Shown: piece by piece, positions 47,226 to 60,342 of the stretch
How the letters are laid out: each line of letters opens with the position of its first letter
Numbering within the stretch: position 1 is the stretch's first letter
Assembly: GCF_963921235.1 (NCBI RefSeq)
Contig: NC_086097.1
Span: 230,146,001-230,210,000 of the forward strand
Direction of reading: 5' to 3'
Length of the DNA: 64,000 nucleotides
From: Mobula hypostoma
Taxonomy: Eukaryota
Position numbers and translations under genes: made by a program
The notes under the pieces: generated by a model
Database searches by the model: none
What the model saw: the letters and a program-made list of their open reading frames with translations, nothing else
What the model was told of the DNA's origin: nothing

Positions 47226-48224
47226 TTCTCCCTCCACAGATGCTGCACAACCTCTGGAGTATTCCAGCATTTACTGTTTTTTTTTTAAATTTCATAGTCT
47301 TTAGAATTCAATTCCTAAATCTCTTTGTCCCATCATCTCTCCTTTTTCGCTTAAGAAGTTCAAAGTACATTTGTTATCAAAGTATGGATTCCGTTTACAA
47401 CCTTGAGATTCATCTTCTTGCAGGCAGCCACCAAACAAAGAAACACCATAGAACCCGTTTAAAGAAAAAACCCACTCAACAAAACGATAAAAGAACAGAA
47501 CGCGCAAACAACAAAGAGCGAATAAATAACACACAGAACATTGAACATCGAACAGCGGAATCCCCAAAAGTGAGTCCACAGTAACGAGCCACTGAGGCGA
47601 GTGAAGCCGGTCCAGGAGCCAATATGCCGTAAAATGCAAGCTTCGGCCATATGCTCTAAAGTCTACTTTCTGTGGATTATTGTCAGATTTTGTTCCAGTA
47701 AACTGGTTTTGAGATATGTTACTGCATTAAAGCAAGTGCACAAGTGCAGAATTTGTAGTTCCACTTAAAAAGATTGCGTCCACTATAATTTATTGAAACC
47801 ATCAAGTGGAGTATGAATGCAGACAGAATATATTTCATGAAATCAGGACTCTTGAGAGTAAAAGCACTGAGAGGAGACCAGTGGGAAGATGGGCATTGAA
47901 GAGAATGATGAGAGGGGAAAACAAGTAACGGTGACTTGCAGTGGATCAAAGGAAGGTTCCAGCAGTAGTTCAGGTGGAGGTAGGTCGAAACTGAACTGAA
48001 AAGGCCTCAGAGGGTGGTAAAAACATTAGTTTCTAAGTACTGGGAGTGAAATCATTAGCTCAAATGAAAATGAAACAGGGAAAATAAAAGTATTACCTAA
48101 AATAGCAGCTGCGGACAAAGGAGGTTGAATTTGGGGAAACGGGGCATGATAAAGGAAGCAGCTGCACCGTGAATGTCTGATATTTTGTCAGTTTGACAGT
48201 GATTCTGAAAAGAAAACTGAAAGA

Positions 48225-49155
48225 CCAGACATAGAACACAGAACATTACAGCACAGCACAGCACAGAACCTTTGGCTTGCAATGTTGCGCCAGCCTTTTA
48301 ACCTCCTCTAAGATCAATCTAACCCTTTGCTCCTACACAGCCCTCCATTTTACTATCATCCATGTGCCTAAGAGCTTCATAGATTTCCCTACTCTGGCAG
48401 GGCATTCCATGCACCCAACACTCTGTGTAAAATCTTACCTTGGATATCCCCCCTATCAATCACCTTAAAATCATGCCCCCTTGTATTAGACATTTATACC
48501 TTGGGAATAAGCCCCTGGCTATCCACTCTTATCATTTTTCTGATGAATTTAATGGAAGTAAAGTTCCAATTAATATGCTGATGTATAAGACCTTGGTCAG
48601 ACCCCACTTGGAGTACTGTGTTCAGTTCTGGTTACCTCACTCCAGGAAGGCTGTGGATACTATAGAGAGAGTGCAGAGGAAATTTACAAGGATGTTGCCT
48701 GGAGGGCATACCTTATGAGAGTAGGTTGAGTGAACTGGGCCTTTTCTCCTTGGAGCGACGGAGGATGAGAGGTGACCTGATAGGGGTGTATAAGATGATG
48801 AGGGGTATTGATCGTGTGGATAGCCAGAGCCTTTTCCCCAGAGCTGAAATGGCTAACACGAGGGAGCATAGTTTTAAGGTGCTTGGAAATAAGTACCGAG
48901 GGGATGTCAGCGGTACATTTTTCACAGAGAGTGGTGGATACATGGAATGCACTGCTGGCGGCAGTGGTGGAAGTGGATACAATAGGGTCTTTTAAGAGCC
49001 TCTTAGATAGGTACATGGAGCTTAGAAAAATAGAGGGCTATGCGCTAGGGAAATTCTAGGCAGTCTCTAGAGTAGGTTACATGGTCAGCACGACATTGTG
49101 GGCCGAAGGTCCTGTAATGTGCTGTAAATTTCTATGTTCTTTGTTCTATTTGTTC
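48225..49155. mobile_element. Two divergently oriented CR1 3' fragments (48225-48530 minus; 48575-49155 plus)
   Basis: Plus strand reads YKTLVRPHLEYCVQFW..LFSLERRRMRGDL; a tail lies at each outer end. Confidence 0.85.
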
Positions 49156-49877
49156 TAAACATATTTCCCTTTCAATTTCTTTTCAAGTTATCAGATAATT
49201 TATGTCTTACGCACTGAATGCCCTTTAGCAATGTTGGAAGAGAAAATGGGAAGTACAAATTATTTTTAACTGAGCAGAGCAGTTCACAGGGTGATATACT
49301 GATAATTTATAGTAATAAGAAGAAGTGGGTGGTGGAGAGATCATCAGAACTATACACTGTAAGGACATGTATTTGGTGGCCTTTGAGACAGAAGCTGGCC
49401 AGAAAGGCAGGGAGCATTAAATCGGCAAAATCACTCCTAGCGTGGATCAGAATTTTGAATGGGCTGCAGTGGGTGACAACGACTAATGGATGGCAGGGAA
49501 TCAAGAGCAGACGGAAGTCAGTCCTGATGTAGAATGAAATACAGGCAGCAGCACTGTACACTACAAGGACAGACAGAAGTTAACATAAACATAAATTAAC
49601 AAATTATACATACATGTGCAAAATAAATTACAATTAAAAAAACCACGCTAACATTCCATATCAGTTGGGAAACGTGGATGAAGGAAGTGATGAAGAGAAT
49701 GGTTAACTGCAATTATTGTTCATGCAGTGGGTAAGCACTCAATAGATCAATGATTGAATCAGTGGTCTATTTCCAAACTCTACCTAATAGTATTGCATAG
49801 TTTTATTGAAATATGCAATGCAATATTAAGATGGCATTTCTTAGTATTGGTATTTTCTACTGATGTTAAGAAATAAA

Positions 49878-50560
49878 ACATGGACCATAGAACAGTATAG
49901 GACAGGACAGGCCCTTCAGCCCACAATGTTGTGCTGATCCAATTAAATTAGTAATCAAATGGCTAACTGATCTCTTCTGTCTACACAATGTCCAATGTCC
50001 TCCATCTTCCTCCCATCCATGTGCCTACCTAAACCTCCCTTAGAAGTCCTTAATGTATCTGCCTCTACCTCCACCCCAGGCAGCGCAATCTGGGCCACCC
50101 ACAGCTCTCTGTGTAAAAAGAGAGCTCACATCTCCTTTAAATGAACTCCTCTCACCTTAAGTACATGTCCCTTTGGTATTAGACATTTCAGCCCTGGGAG
50201 AAAGATGCTGTCTGTCTATGCTCTCGATGCCTCTCATAATCTTATAAACCTCTATCAGATCTCCCCTCAGCCTCCGCTGCTCCAGAGAAAGTAACATAAG
50301 TTTGCACAACCTCTTGTTGTAGCACATGCCCTCAAATCCAGGCAGCACCCTGCTAAATCACTTCTGTATCCTCTCCAAAGCCTCAAAACCCTTCCTATAA
50401 AGGGGCAACTAGAATGTATGCAATACTCCAGATGCGGCTTAACTACAGTTATTATAAAGCTGGTACATAACTTCCTGACTTTTGAACTCATTGCCTCGAG
50501 TAATACAGGCAAGCATGCCATATACCTTCTTAACCACCCTATCAACCTGTGTAGCTGTTT
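49878..50560 (-). mobile_element. CR1 3' fragment
   Basis: Reads SLEQRRLRGDLIEVYKIMRG. Confidence 0.85.
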
Positions 50561-50899
50561 GCAGGTGCCAATGTTCTGTCTTGGAATGATACACTAGTAA
50601 GAGTCTATCACTAAAAAATCAGTCTTCCAAAAATCAAACAAAGTTAACATAATGTACAATAGGTATAAACACCAACTAAACCAAGTTCAAAGAGAAAAAT
50701 AACTTGCACTTCTGAATGTTCTGACTGGTTGCATCATGGCCTGGTGTAGAAACTGCAAAGCAAAGGTACATAGAGAGTAGTAGACTTAGCCAGTTCCATC
50801 ACAGAAACAGCTTTCCCATTTTTTGAGGATACCTGTAAGAGGCAATGTCTCAGGGACACGACATCCATTATCCGAGGTCCCCACTCTTATTCCATGAGC

Positions 50900-51280
50900 G
50901 TAGGTGAGATTTGATAGCAGTATACAAAATTATCAGAGGTGTAGATAGGGTAAATGCCAGCAGTCCTCTCCCACTGAGGTTGGGTAAGACTAGAACTAGA
51001 TGTTAATGGTTAAGGGTGAAAGGTGAAATGTTTAAGGGGAGCATAATGGTGAAGTTCTTCACTTGGGAGGTGATTAAAGTGTGGAATGAGCTGCCAGCAG
51101 AAGTAATGGATGCGGGTTTGATTTTAATGTTTAAAAGTAATTTGGATAGGTAATTGGTTGGAGGGGGAGGCATGTATAGAGGGCTACGTTCCAGATACAG
51201 GTCGATGGGACGAAGCGGAATGACAGTGAGCTGAAGGACCCATTTCTGTGCTGTGGTGTTGTTCTATGACTTCACGACTC
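50900..51280 (+). mobile_element. CR1 3' fragment (decayed)
   Basis: Homologous to 43830-44190. Confidence 0.75.
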
Positions 51281-53466
51281 TGTGCTTCAGTTATATAATT
51301 CTGACCCTTGTCTTTAAACTCCTTCATGGTCTTACCTGCTCCCCATCCCTGTCACCTCCTCCAACGTTAGAACATTCTGAAATATCCATCGCCATTCCCA
51401 CATCTGGATCTCCCCCTCAACTCCTCTGCTCCATTACTTGTAGCCTTATTCTCGGTTGCAGTAGCGGTAATGTCTAAAGTTACCTCCCTAAGCCTCTGCC
51501 TCTATACCCTTCTATCTCTCTGTAAGCTGTTCTTAAGCTTCTAACTCCTTGATCATATTTTTGACCAGCTACTCTAATGTCCCTCATGTGGCTTGTTGCA
51601 GCAGTACATCAAATGGCACTTTGAGAAATGTTTAATGCATAAATCCAGAAAACGGTCTAACATCACCATCTGCTGGGTAAGAAAATTATTCTTTTCAGAT
51701 ATGTCTCAGTTATGATGTTAATTAATAGTGTTTAATCTAATTAGTTTGACGGGGAATTCAGAGAACCTGTGTGTCATAAAACGGGGGATGAAATAGCTGT
51801 CAATCTAGAAGGACCTTGCTAAAGGGCAGCACATTACGAGTGCGTGACTTTATTAGTTCCTACTGGCTAATCACAGTTGCAGTCTCTCGGTCAACAGGAG
51901 AAAAAAGTTTGGACAATAGGCTGTTTCAGAGCTTTTGTGCAAAAGTTGGGACAATGTTCATCAGTTTCTTCTACCATCCATTGGGATGAAATGCTCTAAA
52001 CTAGCAGCCTACTTCTGCACTAACTCAGTGTCAAATATAAGAAGTGTCACGGTGTAAATAAAAACAATATGAGCAATGTGTCCTTCCGGCTGTACGTGAC
52101 TGCACAGATTGTTCTTTTGCTGAGCAGTCACCGTGAATGGGTGCCCGGGTTTCTCAACCATCACACCATCAGCAAAAAGATGCATCTCCCTGACTTAGCC
52201 ATTCAGTGACTAGAGGTGCTTCACCATCTCCCATGAGATGGACATGTTTGGAGGTTGCAGAACTGGCTTCCTTTGCTATCTGTGAGGTCTTTCCGCTGCT
52301 AAGTGTTTCATGGAAGGTTGCTGAATTCATTCCTGCCCCGTCCCCAGTATAACCACTATCTGGAATGCCAACTTGGGGCAAAATCTTGAACTTCATATGC
52401 ATCACCAGAGTTTGTTGTTCTGGTTCTCTCCTCTTAATGACTTTCTCTCCTTGGGAAATTTGAACCTAATCCCCCAGTTATGTGCTGAATTGGTTTTTCA
52501 TTTGGCACTCATTAGTGATCCAAACATACACCACCAGTAGGCAAAGGATTCCTGCTGCTTTCTGTAAGTTCTCCCTGTGACAGCGTGGGTTTGTTTCGAC
52601 TGCTCTGGTTTCCCTCCCACAGTCAAAGGATGTACTAATGAGTAGGTTACTTGATCATTCTAAATTGTCCCATGGTTAGGCTAGAGTTAAAACAGGAGTT
52701 GCTGGGCAGCACAGCGTGGAGGGCTGGAATGGCCTATTCCGTGCTGGATCTCAATCAATCAATCAATCATTCAGTCAATGCAGTAAAAAGAAAATGCTGG
52801 AAACATTCAACAAGTCAGGCAGCATCTGTGGAAGGAGAAGCAGTTTTAACCAATTTCCCCCGGGATCAATGAAGTATGACTATGACTAAAGTTTCAGGCT
52901 GAAGACTTCTTTCAGCACATGCAGTCGTTCGTGTAAGTGTTGGTGTGTGACCTTAGCACCAAACCTTGTGAAAGACTTCCCACTTCCCAGTCTGAGTAAC
53001 TAGGTTTATCCTGACAATCCTTTGTAGCCAACTTGCTTTCTTTATTCCCCTACGCATATTTGTTTATCTTCCTCATACAGTGGTAGGACGTGCACAGTAA
53101 CTGGTAAGGACACTAACCTTTGGAGTCTTCAGGACAAACCATAGAGAAGAAAACTGAGCATCCAAGTACAATTTTTTGAATTTATTGAATTTGGCATGTC
53201 ATCAAAAACCCTTGGCAAACTTCTATAGATGAGCAGTGGGAAGTGTGTTGACTGGCTGCATTACGGCCAGGTGTGGGAAAAACCAATGCCTTTGAGCAGA
53301 AAATCCTACAAAACATAGTGAATTTGGCCCAGTACATCACGAGTAAAAGGCTCCCAACCTTTGCTAATCAGTTGCTGTAGAAAAGCATCAGCCAAGCCAT
53401 GATCTTTTCTCACTGCTGCTATCAGGTAGAAGATACAAGAATCTCAGGACTTGCACCACCAGGTTC

Positions 53467-55753
53467 ATGTCTCCTGCCCCACTAGAGGCCCGAATATACT
53501 TGACCATTGCTACACAGCAGTCAAGGATGCCTACCGTTCAGTCCCACGACCTCACTTCGGAAAATTGGACCATCAGGCCGTACTCCTCCTCCCGGCTTAC
53601 AAACAGAAACTGAAGCGGGAGGTCATGGTGTCAAAAGTAGTGTCGCGTTGGACGGAGGAAATGGATGAGGTCCTCTGTGACTGCTTTGAATCGGTGGACT
53701 GGTTAGTATTCAAGGACTCGGCAGCTAACCCCGATGAGTATGTCCCAGATGTCACGGACTTTATTTGGGAATGCACAGAGGACTGTGTGTCTCGCAAGAC
53801 AATCCGGGTATTCCCTAACCGGAAAACTTGGATGAATTATGAGGTCAAGTCCCTTTTAAAGGCTAGAGCTGCGGCTTTTAGGTCCGGGGATACCAGTCGC
53901 TACACGGAATCCAGGCGTGAACTCCGCAAAGTCATTAAGGGCGCCAAGAGGCAATATCGAGTCAAGTTGGAAGCCCAGGCTAACCAGAGGGATGCCAGTA
54001 GATAACTGTGGCGCTTCTCTTCCTGACGAACTTAACGAATTCTACACAAGATTCGAACTGAAGAGGAGTGTCCCGCTCCCTCCAGGTGAACCGGACATGG
54101 TGGCATCGAGATTCATTGTCACCGAGGAGGACGTTAGAAGGGCCTTCCTGAAGATAAATTCAAGGAAGGCGATGGGCCCAGATGGTGTCCCAGGACGGGT
54201 TCTCTGGGCCTGTGCAAGCGAGCTAGCTGGAGTGTTTGCTGACATCTTCAACAGCTCCTTGCTTCAGTCTAAGATCCCCTCGTGTTTGAAGAAGGCAACC
54301 ATGATCCCAGTGCCGAAGAAGAGCAAGGTGGCATGCCTGAATGACTGTCAACCTGCGGCTCTGACATCAATTGCTATGAGGTGTTTCGAGAGATTGGTTA
54401 TGGCACATATCAACCACAGCCCACCGGTCAACCTCGATGCTTTGCAATTCACCTACCGGAGCAACAGGTCAACGGCAGATGCCATCTCTCTGGCCCTACA
54501 TTCCTCCTTAGAACACCTGGAGAATAAAGACGCATACGTAAGGCTCCTTTTCATTGACTACAGCTCTGCCTTTAATACCATCATTCCAAATAAACTGATT
54601 CCTAAGCTCCGGATCCTGGGCCTTAGCACTCATATCTGAAGCTGGATCTTCAATTTCCTCACAGACAGGACCCAGGCTGTAAAAATAGGGGACAAGCTCT
54701 CCTCTACAATCACTCTGAGCACCAGTGCCCCACAAGGCTGTGTACTCAGCCCCCTGCTGTACTCACTGTACACCCATGATTGTATAGCCAAGTTTCCATC
54801 AAACTCAATGTTTAAGTTTACTGATGACACAACAATTGTAGGCCGTATCTCGGGTAATGATGAGTTTGAGTACAGAGAGGAAATTAAGAACCTGGTGGCA
54901 TGGTGCGAAGACAATAACCTATCCCTCAACGTCAGCAAGACGAAGGAATTGGTTGTTGACTTCAGAAGGAGTAGTGGACCGCACAACCCAATTTACATCG
55001 GTGATGCGCAAGTGGAACAGGTCAAAAGCTTTAAGTTCCTCGGGGTCAATATCACAAATGACCTGACTTGGTCCAACCAAGCAGAGTCCACTGCCAAGAA
55101 GGCCCACCAGCACTCTTACTTCCTGAGAAAACTAAAGAAATTTGGCCTGTCCCCTAAAACTCTCACTAATTTTTATAGATTCACCGTAGAAAGCATTCTT
55201 CTGGGGTGCATCACAACCTGGTATAGAAGTTGTCTTGTCCAAGACCGAAAGAAGCTGCAGAAGATCGTGAACACGGCGCAGCACATCACACAAACCAATC
55301 TTCCGTTCGTGGACTCACTTTACACCGCACGCTGTCGGAGCAGTGCTGCCAGCATAATCAAGGACACTACCCACCCAGCCAACATACTTTTTGTCCCTGT
55401 TCCCTCCGGGAGAAGGCTCAGGAGCTTGAAGACTCGTACGGCCAGATTTGGGAACAGCTTCTTTTCAACTGTGATAAGACTGCTGAACGGATCCTGACCC
55501 GGATCTGGGCCGTACCCTCCAAATATCCGGACCTGCCTCTCAGTTTTTTTGCACTACCTTACGACCATTTTTCTATTTTCTATTTATGATTTATAATTTA
55601 AATTTTTGATATTTACTAATTTTAACTATTTTAAATATTTTTAATATTTAATATTTGTAATCCAGGGAGTGGGAAGCGCAGAATCAAATATTGCTGTGAT
55701 GATTGTATGTTCTAGTATCCATTGTTTGGCGACAATAAAGTATAAAGTAAAGT
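53467..55753 (+). mobile_element. Rex1/Babar LINE, 5'-truncated (endonuclease C-terminus, RT, 3' UTR)
   Basis: Reads HVSCPTRGPNILDHCY..GKLDH, LFIDYSSAFNTI and KFTDDTT; stop at 55497; (TAAAG)n tail. There is an internal deletion near 54003 and a stop near 54637. Confidence 0.95.
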
Positions 55754-55900
55754 AAGAACAGTTACTACCCCTCAACTGTCAGGCTCTTGAACAAAAGGGA
55801 GTAACTACACTCATTCTATTTCTGGTGTTCCCACAACGGATCGTCTCCCTTTAAGAACTCTTTACCTTGTTACTTCATACTTGTTACTTTTTGCTATTTA

Positions 55901-57831
55901 CAGTGCCTATAAAAAGTATTCGTTTTCCCCCTTGGAAATTTTCATGTTTTATTGTTTTACAACATTGAATCACTGTGGATTTAATTTGGCTTTTTTGACA
56001 CTGATCAACAGAAAAAGACTCTTCTGTGTCAAAGTGAAAACAAATCTCTACAAGGTGATCTAAGTTAATTACAAATATAAAACACAAAATAATTGATTGT
56101 ATAAGTATTTACCCCCTTTAAAATGACACACCAAAACATCACTGGTGAGGCCAATTGGATTTAGGAGCCATGTAATTAGTTAAATGGTGATCACTAGTGT
56201 ACAGTCATGGTGTTTCAATTGATTGTAGTAAAAATACACTTGTATCTGGAAGGTCCAACTGCTGGTGAGTCAGTACCCTGGCAAAAACTACACCATGATG
56301 GCAAAAGAACACTCCAAGTGTTGATCTGCCTCTCTACCAGAGGCCTTTAGGTTCAAACCCAGGGAATAACTGTCAACCACAGTTTACTTAAAAGTACATA
56401 CTGTTTATTAGCAAGTTTGCGTTCTCAGTTGACAAAAAAAGTGAGCCCAGAATACTGTGTGGAGCTGTGGATATACATTGTTATCACATTTTTTGATAAG
56501 GGTCGACCAAGAAGTCTTCTCATGCAACAAACATTTCTTTGTTCATATATTATTCTCACAGCACGACTTGTCAAGCTGCCAATAAGTCCGTTAGGTTTTA
56601 GCCCTTTTAATTCTGCATATAATTCCTCACAAGCAACTCTGCATGAAGGTTGTTGAAAAGCACACAAGTCAGGAGATGGATACAAGAAAGTTTGCAAGTC
56701 ACTGAATATCCCTTAAGTACTGTTAAGTCAATCATCAGGAAATGCAAACCTGCCTACAGCAGGCCGTCCTCAAAAACTGAGTGACCGTGCAAGAAGGGGA
56801 CTCGTGAGGGAGGCCACCAAGAGACCTGTGACAACTCAGGAGGAGTTACAAGCTTCAGTGGCTGGGATGGGAGACACTGCGCACACAACAACTGTTGCCT
56901 GGGTGCTTCACCCATTGCAGCTTTATGGGAGGGTGGCAAAGAGAAAGCCATTGTTGATAAGAAGTCATATAATATCTTTGTTAGAGTTTACCAGAAGGCA
57001 TGTGGGAGACTCTGAAGTTGGCTGGATGAAGGTTTTATGGTCTGATGAACCAAAATTGAGCTTTTGGCCATCAGAATAAACGCTATATTTGGTGTAAACC
57101 AAACACAGCACATCAACAAAAACACACTATCCCTACTGTGAAGCATGGTGGTAGCTGTATCATGCTGTGGGGATGCTTCACTGCTACAGGCCCTGGAAGG
57201 CTTGTGAAGGTAGAGGATAAAAAGAATGCAACAAAATACCAGGAAATCCTGGAGCAAAACTTGATGCAGTCTGTAAGAGGACTGCAACTTGGGAGAAGAT
57301 TTGTCTTCCAGCAAGACAATGACCCCCAAGCATAAAGCCAAAGCTACACAGGAAAGGATAAAGAAACAACAAAATTAATGTCCTGGAGTGGCCAAGTCAG
57401 AGTCCAGACCTCAATCCAAGTGAGAATTTGTGGCTGGACTTGAACAGAATTGTTCACTCATGGACCCCATGTAATCTGACAGAGCTTGAGCAATTTTGTA
57501 AAGAAATATGGAGGAAAATTGTAGTGTCCAGATGTACAAAGCTGATAGAGACCTATCCACACAGACTCAAGGCTGTAATTGCTGCCAAAGGTGCATCTAC
57601 TAAATACTGACTTGAGGGCGGTGAGTAGTTATGCAATCAATTATTTTGTGTTTAATACTTGTAAGAAATTTAGACCAATTTATAGAAGTTTGTTTTCACT
57701 TTGACGTGAAAGAATCTTTTTGTTGATCAGTGTCAAAGAAGCCAGATTAAAGCTCCTGTGATTCAATGTTGTAAAACAAAAGAATATGAAAACTTCCGTG
57801 GGGGGGGGGTGAATACTTTTTAGAGACATTG
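55901..57831 (+). mobile_element. Tc1-family DNA transposon (IR/DR type), decayed
   Basis: TA at 55899-55900 and 57832-57833; terminal inverted repeats of about 215 bp starting CAGTG, each with two AAGTATT..CCCC direct repeats. Transposase remnants VLWSDE, KHGGSCIMLWGCF, FQQDND, WPSQSPDLNP..ENLW and AKGASTKY. Confidence 0.95.
56319..56629 (-). mobile_element. Solo LTR (311 bp) inserted in the Tc1 transposase
   Basis: TG...CA ends; 4-bp TSD CAAG at 56315-56318 and 56630-56633; AATAAA on the minus strand near 56404-56409. Confidence 0.8.
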
Positions 57832-58289
57832 TATTTATATTTGCAATTGCACAGTTTGATGTCCATTGATCCTGTTTAAAGTTACTGTTTTAGAACTTTG
57901 CTAAGTATGCCCGCAGGAAAAAGAATCTCAGAGTTGTATGTGGTGACATGTATGTTCTTTGATAATAAATTTTACTTTGACCTTTGAACTTAGTACTACA
58001 GTTTCCATTACTTTCTCAAGATTAGTTAAGAATAACTATCGCACTTCAAATGTCTGTTAGCCGCTCTTTATTATATTGCCCATGAACATATTTTGCTGTT
58101 TAGTCAAATTAAAGCACATGCCGCTCATTATATTGCAATGGAGGTATTACCTGAAACAGGAAGAAGTGTGTCAGCTTTATTTTTCTTCTATTCTGTTGAT
58201 CTTCTGGCCTAAAATATCTAACTGGGTGAAATGGCTTCAGTGAAGCAAGTGGCTCCACCCATTACTAGCACAGTCCAAAATTTGCTGAT

Positions 58290-58815
58290 AAATGCGAGAG
58301 ATCCTGCAGATGCTGGAAATTTAGAGCAACACACACAAAATGCTGGAGGAACGCAGCAGGCCAACCAGCATCTATGGAAGGGAATAAACAGTCACTCTTT
58401 CAGGCCAAAACCCTTCATCAGGAATGGAAAGAAAGGGAATGAGGCCAGAGTAAGAAGGTGGGGGGAGAGGAGGAGAAGGAGTAATGGCTAAAAGGTGATA
58501 AATGAAGGCATGTGAGGCAGGAGGTTGATGGGTGGGGGAGGTGTTGAAGTGAGAAGCTGGGAGATGATTGGTGGAAAAGGTAAAGAGCTGAAAAAGAAGG
58601 ATTCTGATTGGAGAGGAGAATAGACAATGGAAGAGAGGGAAAGAGGAGGGACACCAGAGGGAGGTGATAGGCAGGTAGGGAGAAGAGAAGAGATGAGAGG
58701 GGAGCTAGAATGGGGAATGGAAGAAGAGAGTGGGAGAAGATGGTGGATTTACTGGAAGTTGGAGAAATTGATGTTCATCCTGTCAGGTTGGAGGCCACCC
58801 AGACAGAATATGTGT
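58290..58815 (-). mobile_element. Penelope-like terminal fragment with degenerate hammerhead (58389-58426)
   Basis: Homologous to 10118-10560. Confidence 0.85.
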
Positions 58816-59084
58816 CTGCTGATGTTTAGTTAGGATAAGTGGAGGAGTTCAGGAAAAAAATAATGAAGCAAACAATTAAACAGCAACTGTTTGTGGTAGA
58901 ATAATACTAATTAATCAAAGTAAGGAAATGTAATAGCAAATATTGAAAAGTTGGGTTAAACCTTTTCAGGCGAGCCTTAGAATAGAAAGAGAGATGGAGA
59001 GGTCTTGTCACTAGGACAATGAGCTGTTTACTCATTATTTAACTGTCTACTGTTTACCTGTGCTGTGCACTGCATGTATTTTGA

Positions 59085-59469
59085 CTTCCTCCAAGAGGAC
59101 CACAACCTTTTCGTGGTTTGGAGTCTTGCGTGCCTCAATGACCCAGAGAGCTCGGCTGGCTGGAGTCAGGGCTTTATGCTTTGGCTCTTGGTAGGGTCAC
59201 CCATGCCAAACTGGTCAAAGGGTAGAGACCAGACTGAGACTGGTCCTCCGGTCATCCAGGTTCGGGGGTTCATCTCAGGGCTAACAACTCTGAGTGGTTA
59301 AACAAAATCGTTATGGTAACAGCATTGAAGAATTCTTCTACGTCCGAGTGTAATGGTAGAAACCGAGAGGAAGCTACTGACATAATGAAGGAAGCCCTGA
59401 ACACAGCCGGAGATAGAGGACCTTCACGGCTGCCCTAAGCACCAGCAGTGTAACAGGCAGTAAGTAAGT
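59085..59469 (+). mobile_element. Bipartite non-autonomous RTE derivative
   Basis: An RTE/Expander-like 5' UTR (CTTGCGTGCCTCAATGACCC..GGTAGGGTCACCCATG..GGGCTAACAAC) is joined to a short 3' end with a (GTAA)n tail; no ORF. Confidence 0.6.
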
Positions 59470-60342
59470 TTATCAATTTATTTGCAGTAATAATTTGTTT
59501 TGTACTCTGTGTATGATGTCTGTATTATGGGTGTACTGGGGTACAACATGTATTATGTAGCATGGGTACAATATTGTTTTATTTGGTTGTACATACAATA
59601 CGTACAGTCAAATAGTAATGAACTTGAACTTGAGAGACAGGAAGGCTAAAGACTTTCTAGTGCTTAGGCATGAACCTAGCTGCCAAATGATAGAACTATT
59701 ACATTTAGTAAAGATGGTTGGGTCAGTAATAGATGAGCCAGTTGTAGCTCTGGAGAAAAAACTCAACGTCCAGCAGTCAGATTCAATCTCTGGCAGTTAC
59801 AAGGAAGAGAGATGGATGTCAGTAGTTGGGGACTGCAGTCTGCGATGAGGACGAAAGATGACGGCTTTGCCCTTCCCAATACATAGCTGAAGATAATTTC
59901 TGTTTATCTAGTCTCAGATGTCAAAAGGAAGTCTATAATTCAGGCTCACTGAATGGATCAAGAGAGGTACTGAGATAAACATCAGGGCTCATCAACATTT
60001 GTATGAAATCTGGCGTTATTGGTGAGAGGCATTGTAGTAGGAGAGGCAACAACAGAGCCCCGAGGTAACAGCAGAGCCTCGGGGAAGTCGCTACAGTGAT
60101 CCTTCAGCTAAAGCAGCAAACCAGACAATCGTGGAGTCATTTAGCAGAATACATAGAGAGGCATTAGGAGGAACACCATCCCAATCTTTCTTTCTTACGA
60201 TGGTGTTTTAAGTTCTGAAATGTGATGTTGTTTAGTCCACTTCAATGATTCATCTCTTGTCCTTGCTCGCTTTTGGCTGAAACCACCCAATGAAATGTGT
60301 AACCTACGTATTACACTTTGACCTAGAAATACTTGTATATTT

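Larger units (their letters stand above)
53185..57990 (+). mobile_element. Old Rex1 3' fragment hosting nested insertions (pieces about 53185-53466, 55754-55900, 57834-57990)
   Basis: CACCACCAGGTTCA|AGAACAGTTACTACCCCTCAAC rejoins as in the uninterrupted copy at about 9040-9075. Confidence 0.75.
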
